Of a stretch of 64,000 bases of DNA, positions 13,460 through 25,039 are shown piece after piece; position 1 is the first letter of the stretch, and each line of letters begins with the position of its first letter. The notes under the pieces are model-generated. The model was given only the letters and a program-made list of their open reading frames with translations, ran no database searches and had not been told where the DNA came from. The stretch covers positions 496,001 through 560,000 of the forward strand of contig JBLDXI010000017.1 of NCBI GenBank assembly GCA_047495785.1. The letters are read 5' to 3'. Source of the stretch: Lepidodermella squamata. Taxonomy: Eukaryota > Animalia > Gastrotricha. Made by a program: the position numbers and the translations under genes.

Positions 13460-15924
13460 ATGAGTCCAGCCGTATCTGGCCCAGCGATGCGTGACGACTA
13501 CAACACGCACTCGTCAATCCAGCTGCAAGCTGTCCGCAAAATGAAGCCATTCATCGACAGCGGCATCGAACTCCACTCGGCTGATATCGCCCCGAACAGC
13601 CCATTCATCATCGCCGACTTCGGCTCAAGCACTGGCGCCAACAGTTCCGAGGCCATGTCGATGATCATCGACGGACTTCGTAACAAGTACGGCTTCGAGA
13701 AAATTCCATCGATTTTGACCGTCCACGAAGACATCCCATGCAATAATTGGAACATTTTGTTCAATTACATACAAAATGACGATCGGTCTTATCTGAAGAA
13801 GCACAAGGGTGTCTTCACCGTGGCGGCTGGTATCAGTTTCTTCGAGCAAGTTTTGCCGGAAAACAGCGTTCAATTCGCGTTTTCAAGCAGTGCAGTCCAT
13901 TGGTTGTCGAAATCTCCACTCGAAGCTGTCGCAAAACTGAGTAAGTCTTATTGTAACTTTTTACAAATGCTCAAATACGAAATTAATTATTAGTTGGCTG
14001 TGTCTTTTTTCATCTTGCCAAAACCTTTTTCCTTCTTGCCAAACATCTTTTTCTATCTAACCAAAATTTTGTTCTGGATAATCATTTAATTATAAAACCT
14101 AGTGTAAATTTGCAATAAATCTTTTTTCATCTTGCCAACGTCTTTTTTTATCTTGCCAACATATTTATTAATATTATACCAAGTAAATTGAACACATTTT
14201 TCAATCGGGCAATATTCCTTCGATGGTTTCTTGTCAATCTAAATCCTCGGGAAATTTTCAGCAACCATTAGTAGCACGGCGGCCACGGTCATCACGCCTA
14301 CGACTGCTCTTCCATACGCGACCATGATTGCCTCGTGCGAGACCTGGCGGCCGTCCTATCTCTTGATTCGAAGTTCCCAAAGATTAGGCCTTAATACACG
14401 GTATACGGTCCACGGATGGCCTTGGCCTGAGGAACCGAATCGAGACATTGATTTTCTCGATTTCCCGAAGCGAGGACACGATGACTAACCCCTTGGGTGG
14501 TAGGCTATTGAGGATTTCGTAGTCACCGCAAGAAAGCAATTGAAACACGTGGCAAAATGAAAAAAAGATGTTGGCAATATGAAAAAGGATTTTTCGTATT
14601 TTTCACGCGATAAAATGCTGGTTAGATAAATAAAAATGGAAATTTTTGGTTAGATAGAAACAGATTTTTAGGAAGATGAAAAAAGATTTGGGCAAGATGA
14701 AAAAAGATTAACCCTATTAGTTAGCAATTTTAGTTATTAAATTGATAAATTACTTTTAAATTATTTCAAATTATTTTTCGGAAAATTTCTAATATTATAA
14801 TTTAGACGCTCATCGGTGAAATTTAGCTCTACATTTTTATATTCTTTGAAAAAATTCTAAGTAAATTCAAAGTTTCTGAAAATCGTACCTGATGCTAGAC
14901 TGGACAAGTGCAAAAATCAAGTCTCTTCAAATGCCATGTTGACCGAAATGTCTGATTCGTTGCGGGGAATCGGAATTTGATGAAGTTCGAAAAAATCTAT
15001 TTTCGATTATCGATATCGATTGATTATCGATTTTCAGAAAATTGATTTGCCCGATCAGACAAGTGAATTCAGAGTCGGATTCCCCGCCACGAATTAGACA
15101 TTTTGGTCAAAATGGCATTTGACGAGACTTACTTTTTGTAGACATTAAATAACTATTTGTGATATATATTATCGACATTACACGATTGTACACTTAGGAT
15201 TTGACACATATTTGTTGACAAATTTGTTTTCTGATGACCAAATTTACGCCTGAAATATTTTGATCGACTAGGAATTTTTTGAAATTTTTGATGATTTAAA
15301 ATGGCTTCTTTCCCTTTAGACGAAGAATTTTTCGCACCGTGGTATTTTCCGGAGAACTCCAAGAGCCTGCAAGTCTTCAAAGACCAAGCTGCAGAAGACT
15401 GGGCAAATTTCCTAACAGCTCGATCGAAAGAACTCATGAAAGGCGGCGTCCTAGTCGTTAATTCGCTGACCACGCAAAGCTGCGACTCGGCCATGTACGA
15501 AAGCATGAAAATCGCCTCTGCGAAGCTTGTAGCAAGCGGCGTAATCTCTCAAAAAGAAGTCATTCGATTCCAAGTTCCTATGTTCTGGCGATCGCTTGAA
15601 GACATCACGAGTCGAGGTGATCTTTATCAACAACTCGGCCTGGAAATGATCAAGGCTGAACGGTTGCCGGATGACAACCACTGGATCTATCAACGATACT
15701 TGCAACACGGCGATGGTAAGCTATTCGCTGAAGAGTTCATGAATTTCATGGCGGCTGTTAGCGAGATTTCGATCCTTGGAGGCCTGGATAGCTGCCGAAG
15801 TGATGATGAGAAGAAAAAGATTGTTCAGCTGCTTTTCGCAGAACAGCGACATTATATCAGCGCTGATCCTGTCAAGTATGCTGCTTCTCTAGCTGCAAAT
15901 GCTTTCATTTTCAAGAAGAAGTGA
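13460..15924 (+). CDS. SABATH-family SAM-dependent carboxyl methyltransferase (Methyltransf_7), copy 1, 361 aa
   Basis: Exons 13460-13940 and 15320-15924 (phase-1 intron). Motifs IADFGSSTGANS, EDIPCNNWN, SFFEQVLP..SVQFAFSSSAVHWLS and DWANFLTARSKEL..GGVLVV correspond to SABATH motifs IADLGCSSGPNT, DLPxNDFN, SFYxRLFP, SSYSLHWLS and FLxxRxxELxxGG. Confidence 0.9.
14000..14712. mobile_element. Non-autonomous inverted-repeat element (MITE) in SABATH-1 intron
   Basis: Left arm tcttttttcatcttgccaaa...tctatctaaccaaaa is the reverse complement of right arm ttttggttagataga...ggcaagatgaaaaaaga. Exact ends approximate. Confidence 0.65.
14911..15138. mobile_element. Palindromic MITE (~230 bp) in SABATH-1 intron
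   Basis: ~65-bp imperfect inverted arms (caaaaatcaagtctcttcaaatgcc...gcggggaatc / gattccccgc...ggcatttgacgagacttactttttg). Absent at the homologous point of the copy-2 intron (~26010). Confidence 0.75.
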
Positions 15925-16056
15925 GCCTGAACGGTGTTTCGGGAAACAATTTTTAAAATTGTGATTCCTGAAGATCAAAAGCTTAATGTTGTCATTTCTC
16001 TGAAATTAATAAAATAAAAAATTATTACGAAAGTAATCAGCTTTATTAACTTCTGT

Positions 16057-16712
16057 CAACTGGGGTGACTTTACCCACTTTGGCGTACTAAAATGGAGTG
16101 ACTCAGAGTTGTCCACGGGCCGGGTTCGGGTCTGACTTTTGAAACCAGTGGTGGAATTTATAGGTAACCAGATGCCGCTGCTAAACGTCCGTTTTCACCT
16201 CAAATGGCAGTATTCAACGATATAACAATCTAACTTTTATTGCTTAGTGTTGGGCGCTGATTAAAATACAGCTAATTGTGACTACGGGCCGGGCCGCATT
16301 TTCACATTCGTTCTTACGGGCCGGGCCGGGCTCCGAAAATTCGGCCCGTGGACAACTCTGGAGTGACTTAGGCATAGGAAGATGCGTTCATAAGGTAAAT
16401 ACCCCGCGAGTATGGTACCGTTGGATAGCCGGGAGGAAATGCTATCTGAAAATGGCATACGATTTCTATTTCGATAAGACGGCTTCAATTGGGCAGTCAA
16501 TAAAGTGTTCATAAAAATTTCGAAAATTTCCCAAAACTTCGCCTGCTATTATATGTCCCTTGATGGGTTGTATTGATGTGCATTATACACAATCAGGCTG
16601 GCCTTTCCTTGGGTTATCCAACGGCAACCCTATCACTGAGTTTACCTATTATGCCTAAGTCGCCCCATTTTGGTACGTCAAAGTGACCTCACTGCCCAAA
16701 GTCACCCCAGTG
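16057..16712. mobile_element. TIR element (actggggtgacttt / aaagtcaccccagt) hosting a nested hAT MITE
   Basis: Inverted termini near 16059 and 16698. Its right part recurs at ~24180-24275. Confidence 0.6.
16104..16360. mobile_element. hAT-type MITE, 257 bp
   Basis: Perfect 19-bp TIR CAGAGTTGTCCACGGGCCG and 8-bp TSD GAGTGACT (16096-16103 and 16361-16368). Confidence 0.9.
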
Positions 16713-17346
16713 AAGTCACCCCAGTGACTTTGGGCAGTGAGGTTAAAGTTAGGTGAGTGAAAGTTGATGGTAGCATATAAACGCGGATAACAAGGATCAG
16801 GATAAGGATCCAAAAGAACCGCCGGGTCATGGCCTACACTTTGCCGTCGGCCAGTCGCAATACGACGCGTCGTTGACCAGAAAAAAAGACTTTTCGACAG
16901 ACCCAGGAATTGGATCTAAATATCGGATCTCGCTGTCTTTTTTGGCAGTTAAAGTGTTAAGTATCCTGCGATCGGGGGCGGACAAACATGAAATAAATGA
17001 ACGGTGTGATGACTTGCATTAAAACTTGACACAAAATATCGCAATTCAAAAGCATCAGAGCGGAATTTTTGAATGGCGAATGTTTTATCACCATAACGAA
17101 TGTTCCCAAACGTTACACACGGAACGCCTTTGTCTATCCGCCAAGAGTATCATGTTGTGATCAAACTTTTTTTCTTTTTAAAATGTGGCGGTTTCTAACA
17201 GCGTTTTATTGGATATTCATCAGCGATCATGCACGAATTCATCTCTCTCTGGTTTAGAATGAAATATTAACTGGACACTTGACTAAGATCATTCTCGTGA
17301 CTCATCAACTCTTTTTCTCCACGGATCGCTGCGATCTCGAGTTGAT

Positions 17347-17753
17347 TTACAGCTTGTAAACTACGAACACCGATGGAACAGTAGCATACGAAAAGCATGC
17401 CGTGTGAAGCCAGCAGAGTCCGTCTAAAGAGGCTGCGAATGACGCGCCTTTGCACTTATTCGCGCCTTCTTTCTCGCAGGCGGCGAGGCAATCGGTTAGT
17501 GATCCCACTTTTAGCTCCTTGTACAAATTATCGCACATGAGGCCGTACTTCTTGAACTTGCCAATAGCTGAAAAATGAGATTCGATATGAGGAACAGGAG
17601 CGTTGCAAAAAAGAGATACTCACTTTGAACGGGGGCTGATGACTGGATGGCAGCTGAAAAATACGTGATACAAAATCAGGAGCGTAACGAAAGGAGCTCG
17701 GCCTTACCAGCTAGAGTGAAGAGAGCAAAAGCGACGAAAATTCGACTGAGCAT
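17347..17753 (-). CDS. Small secreted Cys-rich PAN/apple-like protein, 98 aa, 3 exons
   Basis: Exons 17753-17708, 17653-17624, 17567-17347 with canonical GTAAG/GTGAG...TTTCAG introns in consistent phase. Translation: MLSRIFVAFALFTLAAAIQSSAPVQTIGKFKKYGLMCDNLYKELKVGSLTDCLAACEKEGANKCKGASFAASLDGLCWLHTACFSY...; has the CxxxC...C...CxL pattern of PAN domains. Confidence 0.75.
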
Positions 17754-18905
17754 GATTAGAACGAGAAATTCACGTGAGATGAAACAATGGATCTACTGTA
17801 TGGGTGAAACTGACACCCTACTCGGTGAATGCCTCCGGTCTTATAGGCTCTCTGGGTGCATTCCGCCCACCAACCGTTGGTTCAGCTGTTATGTCTAGAC
17901 ATCAAAGATCGATGAAAATTGCTCTCTATTTTTCGGATCTGCAAAATTAAGATGTGAGTTGACCTGGTAAACGAGACGATCAAATTCTACAGGTTTATTA
18001 CATGTTTGATAACTGTGAAAAAGTTTCATATATGGCATATATATCAGGTTTCAGAGGGGAAACGCGTTACCGCCAAATCAAGACGATGTTACCCTGATTA
18101 AAGCTGAATTTCGGCATCGCCTAGGCTCCCGACTGTTATAAATAACGCCCTTATTTTGAGGGTGTAGTCCACAGCATTTTTGCTGGGTATGGTTTGTTCC
18201 ATTCAGCGTTAGCTGTACGTTATATTCTAAGCATTGGATTAATCAATTAATCAAGTTTACGGACTGAGAGGCAAAATTGCTGGAATAAGAGGCTTGCCTC
18301 AAAACTTCTATACTTCTTTTTGTTGTACAACTGGCAGAATGCTAATTAGGTAGTGCACCTCCCACTTGATCGGGGATCGGCCATGTCGATTCAATAAAAA
18401 GCGGAGAAAATTATAGCACTTTAATATTCGAATCACTGTACGCCATTTCGATCTACGAAGAGAAGAAAATTTCGAGATTACGTTTTCGTCAACCCTAAAA
18501 TAGCAGTGATACTTTTAATGATTCATGGCTGGATGGAACTTAGGATCAAATACACATATGAATTTTCACCGATGCATGCCCGGTGATTATGACTACGGTC
18601 ATATCAAACATTAATAATTCGTGTCGATATTGAATTGGCAAATGACTATTTAGTTACAGGATATTCTTGAGCTAGAAAGAACCGTTCAAAGTCAGGCTTT
18701 TGAACCTCATGGGATTCTTTCTTACGTTACTAGACGTCATTTTGACGCACCAGATTCTGCTAATACGGAGGTTCGCCGGGAATTTCATGAATTTGGGCTC
18801 GATTAGAGCTTCGGATCGAATCAAACTAACCGAATTTCCTGGTTCTTCGGCTTAGCGCCTTTTTTTATTTACTAAAAGTTTTCGGCCACGTCACAATATA
18901 TCTAT

Positions 18906-19490
18906 TCAAAGACTCAGGCCTAGAACGTTCATCTTATTTTTGAAATATTCCACGTCGAATTTCAGAGGAAAACAGTTAGACGGCAACTCATTCCATTTCG
19001 CAATGATTTGCTGCAGCCTGTTGTAAGGTTCGATGTTGCTGACTGGTCGGCGGGCGGATGGTAATTTGGAAGCGGTGCTGTTTCGCGATTCCATATTTCG
19101 CGATTTTGAGCGCAATTTTTGGATAACGTGGAAGCGGTCTCGAATTTGTTTGGTTCCTCTCCTACCAACCACGATTTTGTAAATATACGTCATAACGCCA
19201 ACAAATCGTCTTTGGTTCAGGGGTGTTAGCGTTACCTTGGTCATCCTGGTGAAACGATCTTGGACTGATTGAAGTCGATCTAGGGTGTTTTTCGATGCGT
19301 GGGCGTATGCGACCATACCGCTTTCGAGGATTGGAAGCGCGTACGTTTTGAACGCGTTCGCCATTTGTCTCATGGATAGGTAGGGGCGCAGTCTGAGGAG
19401 CTGGGTTACGACTGTGTTTGCCGGTGCTGCGAGTTTGGAGACACACGTTTCCATCGACAACGCCGGGTCAAGAGTGAGGCCAAGTAGCAC
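18906..19490 (-). mobile_element. 5'-truncated non-LTR retrotransposon (CR1/L2-like) ORF2 3' end
   Basis: LLGLTLDPALSM, AFKTYALPILESG and LQSVQDRFTR match post-RT LINE motifs (YLGVxLD, LYKxxVRPxLEY, LExVQRRAxR). No YADD in the fragment. Confidence 0.75.
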
Positions 19491-21589
19491 TGCTGGAACC
19501 GATGTGATAAAGCAAACATGATCTGTGAAGTTTGAATTTTAGCTGATCCCATGTCGGATATTCAAGGTCACATTTTCGGTTGTAGGGTGAAATAAGACAT
19601 TGGCCGGATAAAAGAAGACATTGGTCTGATGGAAAAAGTTTTACCCATTATTATTATTATTATTTTTATTAATATAACGGAATTTTTCTCAATTCTTAAT
19701 TTGTTCTTTTTAGTAGTAAATTTTATCAAGTATTCCGCCGACTCCGCCCGTCAACTGCTGTATCAGCTGTTGTTTTGTTCCCGCGTTTAAAATAAACATT
19801 GATGATTCACAAGAATATTTTTCCATTTTTCAGTTTAGCAAGAAGAAAGACGACAGAAAGCTTAACTCGTTAATTAAGACGATGAAATTCTCGGATGGTA
19901 TACACATCTACAGCCCGTACCCGTACCGCATGTACAGCGTGTCCCATATGTAACACAAGCAAAGAAAATACACAAGAAAGGGTTCAGAAATTCCAAAATG
20001 AGAGACCAATTCGCATCTAATGGCCAGAAAACATTTAGAAAAATTCAAAAAAATTACGACAATGATAATCAAGTATGCCAGTTGTTAAAAGGATTAAAAA
20101 AGTCCGGAGAAATGTTGTCAACGGGGTAAAATACCGAAAATTACCGAACCAGTTACCATCGGGATTTTCCGGGTTTTCTCCCGGTAAATTTTTCATTTCT
20201 TCGGATGAGTCGCGGATAAAAGTCGGACTTCTCTCTCTGTAGGGATAATTGAAAAAAATTATCACTTGATCGGGGATCGGCGATGTCGATTCAATAATTA
20301 TTTTTCCATTAAAAGGCATCTATACCAGAAAATAGTTCATAAATCGCGACGCTAAAAATGAAAAATATATGTTTTACATCCACCTATTTACCGGATATTG
20401 TGAATAGAGAATAGATTATATAAAAAGTTTAAAGCCAGTTTTTTTACAACTGGTGAAACTGGCGTGTGCTTTTTTTTAGGGTTTTTTTTAGGAAAAAAGA
20501 AAATATTTCGAATCAAAAATATGAAATAAAATATGTTTCTTCAATGACAGTTAAGAGTTCAAGCAAGAGAATGCAAAGATAAGTGACTCACGTTTTCACG
20601 CAAGCTCTAAATACGTCTTCTATTTATCAAAATATTTCGGAAAATCGAGGTCGAGTTAGAGCTCGATTTGCCACGCGCCAGGATCACAGGTGTTGACGGC
20701 GATGACGGCAAAGTAGCGTCCTTTGTCACTCAAATATCTTCGGAAGAAAACTTTAACAACAACTTTCGAGAGCGAAACCCTTTGAAAGACAATGAACAGT
20801 ACGAGCGAGCCGATTACAGATGTATCATGGCAATTCCATTGCAAGGAAATTTGTAAATATGATTTTATAATTTTCTAAAAATTTTTAAATGATTGCCGGA
20901 AGGTAAAATTAATTATATCATTTTAATTTCATCAATTTCATTCAATTTCATCAAATTGCGGAATATTATCACAAATAATTTAAGGCTACTCTGATGATTA
21001 ATTTGGCAGTATCCTCCTAGAAGATTATACTCACTTATAATTTTATTGAAATTTTATCCTCCTTGAAGAATAGGTACAGTACAGAAATTTGAACTATAAT
21101 TTTCAGAAAAATTCAAAAAATCACATTAATATTTATCAAGTATGTCACTTGTTAATGCTGGGATTAAAAAGGTCTGGAGAAATTTGGTCCAATCGAATAA
21201 AATACCGAAAATAACCGAACCAGTTACCATCGGGGTTTTCTACGGTAGAAATTTCTATTTTTCGGTTAAATCACGGATGAGAGATGTAAGATTCTCTCGG
21301 GAGATTCATTTTATTAAATTGGGTGAATTTCCTACACATTTTCTAATTTAAAAAAATAGTGGCTAAACTTCTGGGACACGTTGTAATAATTGCACTAAAA
21401 TATATTCCGGCAATTCACAGAAATATTTGACCTCTCGACATCAGCCAATCGGGTTGTAGCCCTAAGCAATAAGAGCCTGAATAATTTCACTAAAAATTTC
21501 ACCAAAAATATTTTCAGAATTTTGATCAAAGAAACTCCGCTATGATTAATGATTAACGAAGTTTCAGCTTAAGTTTTTTCTCTTTTCAG

Positions 21590-21988
21590 TCAAGCCTGAG
21601 CTGCGGAAAATTATTCTAATAGATGGGAAACAAGAGTGTTGACAATGTTATCCCCGTGTTCTATGAAATCATCGCGAGACAGCGGGCCGACGGAATTCTG
21701 ATAATTCAAATGCCAAGTATTGGCCAGGCGACCTGCTGTTATCAGTAGAGCAACAACAAGGATTGCGGCTATTACGCTTTGGCAAATGTCGCGGAACTGA
21801 TTTGCAACAATGATCCGACCGAATTCAACTACGACAGCTCTAAGATCAGGGAACATCTTCTTTCCTGCTACGATTCGCGAAAAATCATTCGATTTCTTAC
21901 TTTGCCTGCGCTGAAGAAACGAGGACCAGCTCCGAAACCGAAGCCCAGAAAGATTTCCGTGTCAAAAACCGACAAGTCCACTGCTTAA
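21590..21988 (+). pseudogene. Degraded Ulp1/C48 SUMO-protease-like fragment, probably transposon-borne
   Basis: Reads YQ*SNNKDCGYYALANVAELICNNDPTEFNYDSSKIREHLLSC, i.e. the QQxNxxDCG catalytic-Cys motif with TAG at 21746-21748. Confidence 0.6.
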
Positions 21989-22083
21989 CAGCATTGCTTT
22001 CTTTTTTACCTAATTTATTTCTACTTCCTTGATAATAACGCGACAGTAATTCATTCCTCCACCTTAATAATGATTTCTGCGTC

Positions 22084-23596
22084 ATGCCAGACGAACGCCG
22101 TTCATATGTTTTCAAGGCAAATTCATACGTATTTCATAAGGTTGCCATATGAATTGATATCTGGTATGAAAAATACTGTAATTTTCATATGAATATCATA
22201 TTAGTATAAAAGTTGGCTAAAATTAATATTAATTTTGTAAGCTACATTCATATGAATTTCATATTGTCCTGATTCTTGTCCTGACATACGAATTAGTGTG
22301 AAATGTTGGAGTAGCGGTCATATGAATGTCGTATTACTAGCAACTATATGAAATGTTGCTTCTACGGTAATATTAATTTAATATGATCGGCTATTCTTAG
22401 AAGATCTAAGCATAGCCGCTTGTAATTCATATGAAATTTCATATAAAAGAAGATGCTTCTCTTCATATTAAAAAGATGCTTAAGTTTTTACAAATTTTCT
22501 GGTAGTAGTGAGATAAACCTCTGGGATCATGAGTCCTGCTATTAGGTCCAGTGGGTGTGAAATAAAGAAGTTCGCCTATGCCTCATTTCGCCATCAAACT
22601 TGGGTATTCGAAATTTCTTTTGTGTGCGCCAAGTCGCAATTTTCGCAGCGCATGCACTAATTTCTAAATGCTGGTTTTGATTATTTAGGCAATTTTTTAC
22701 ACCAAACTAATATTTGAACGATTCTGTAGTGAATACAATTAACACAAAAAGACTGATAAATATAACAATATCTTGTAGCGGAACCAAATTTGCCTGTTGC
22801 GGAACCTAATTTTAGAGAAGCTAAAGGTCGCTTTTCCAATATTTCTTCGAAAATCAGGCATTGTATGCATCTTATAGTGAGGAATGCGTCTTAAACAAAA
22901 TTTTACACTGAATTTAAAGCTGATTTATTTAATTTATTTAAAATTATGCAGATTGATCACTACATCTTGAAATTTTCCTTGAGTGTCTTTAGGCCTTAGG
23001 CCCCTTGGTAATATTGAGACCCGTTCCAACTGCTCTATGAGCAGTGCAAGCTACATGATTTGCCCTCTGAAGTTTGAAAACTGGAAAAAATCTTGAAACT
23101 TATATACCCCTATTGACATCCACCGTATAATAGCGACGACCTGGTCTAGTGGTAGCGCGTCGCACTTAAAGCCAAGGCGACCCGGGTTCGACTCCGACCG
23201 ACGACGTAAGTAAATTATCCCTTTCGATTTATTCATATTTAGTTCTGAGCCACCTGGAACCCATCTCAAGATTCCCTTCACCTCCTGATGACATGGGTGT
23301 CACCTTGGAGCCCCCAGGTAGGTGTCCCTTAGCGTGGCCCAGGTGGCGCGCACTTCTTTTGATTATTCATATGACAACCGTATGAAATTCGATTTTTTGG
23401 TTAATATGATTCTAATGGCGTGATTAATATGAAAGTCATGTGAATTTCGCGGCAAATTCATATGAATTTTTCCCGAAATTCATATTACATTCAGGACATT
23501 TTACTATATGAATGTAATATGTATTGTAAGACATCATTAATATGAATTTAAGCGTATTTTAATATGACAGTAATATGACCGGCGTTCGCCTGGGCG
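22084..23596. mobile_element. Non-autonomous TIR element with many CATATGAA subrepeats
   Basis: Left end ccagacgaacgccgttcatat versus right-end reverse complement ccaggcgaacgccggtcatat. Confidence 0.65.
23133..23355 (+). mobile_element. tRNA-derived SINE-like sequence with a GC-rich structured body
   Basis: Pol III A box TGGTCTAGTGG and B box GGTTCGACTCC. No pairable acceptor stem, so not a tRNA gene. Confidence 0.6.
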
Positions 23597-25039
23597 ATAT
23601 CGCCAGCAAAATTGGTCTGACTATTTCGAATTTTAGAATTTCGACTAAAAAATCGGAAAATCGAAAATCGTGAAAATTGACGATGAGCTGGCCATAATTA
23701 CCCATAATTCGGATGTATGAAATCACCCTTGTTTGAACATCGTCCTGTTTTCGGTTAGAAATTGAACAGTATTACCTGTATGATAAAATACATGTGACAA
23801 TAAAATAGTGTTTCTTGAAATTATCGTCGTTTTTCCGTTTAATTTCGTTAAAAAAAAACGGCTGAAATCAGCGGCGAAGAGCAGAAATGGGAGCATTTGA
23901 TTAAATTCGAAAAGCTGAAATGAAGCGGATGAAATTGCGGCCACCAAGCTAGTAATTCAGTACAAGCCAGTAATTCATAGGCGTGAAAACTTGGGCATGA
24001 ACTGAGTTCTTGAGATTTCACACACTAATTCATGATCATGGAATAAGTTTCGTATTTTGAGCATGAATTCAGATTAATTTTGAAAATCCGTGAATTGGGA
24101 TACTCACAGGGCCCTAATTGATGGGATATCACAAGCTAAAAGTCCGATTTTTCATCACCCAACTTAGGGTGATTTTTTTCTGGTTATCCAACGGCATCCC
24201 AATCACTGAGTATTTACCTATTATGCCAAAGTCGCACGTCGAAGTGACCTCACTGCCCAAAGTCACCCCAGTTGATGGTAGCATATAAACGCGGATGACA
24301 AGGATCAGGATGAGGATCGATAAAGATAAACACAGCAGGGCTTCAGTGTCTACAAAGGGATCAATTAAAGTCCAAAGGCCTCTAATCAATATTCAGGAGA
24401 TGGCGTTTAGTCACGTGCAGGTTTCGGCTACCGAGCGGATACCGAGTAGATACTTAATTATATGCACGTTATAGTCAAATTCCACAAAGGGATCATGGAC
24501 ATAGAACTCAAACAAATACGTAATCAAGTTTGCACCGGCTTCGAACAGGCTAGGTTTGCGAATATGTACATGCAAATAAATCAGACATTACCTATTGAAT
24601 AAAAACGGATTGGCAGAGAACTTTCATAAATTAAAAAAGACGTGTCGGCCCTCTCGCGAGCCATCGTCAGACTCACAAGCTAAACAAGAACAAATAGGTG
24701 CAAGGTTGCAATTAAATTGTCTAAACTGTTAAATTGCAATTGTCTATTGCGAATGCCGTGTGAATATGAATTGGGTTTTATTTATCAAATTAAACGATAA
24801 ATGGAGGGTAAGTACTTGGTCGACTTTACAGATTATATCATTTGAGGTTTTTGCAGCGACGTCAAAGTTCCTTACCGCCCATTTTGCGCATACGGGTTTT
24901 CCTCGACGCCTTCTTTGAGCCAGCTTAATCTTAGTGGTTTAAAAGGCTAGCAATTACAAACTGAAAATCATTTAGCATTCAGATCTTCATTATTAAACAA
25001 CATCAATAATCCAGACAAATTTCTTCGAAACTCTTGAAT

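Noticed and set aside
23133-23206. Functional tRNA gene
   Set aside because: A and B boxes are present, but acceptor and anticodon stems cannot be paired.
23280-23345. Hammerhead ribozyme (CTGATGA core)
   Set aside because: No GAAA after a stem II and no matching cleavage-site arm was found.
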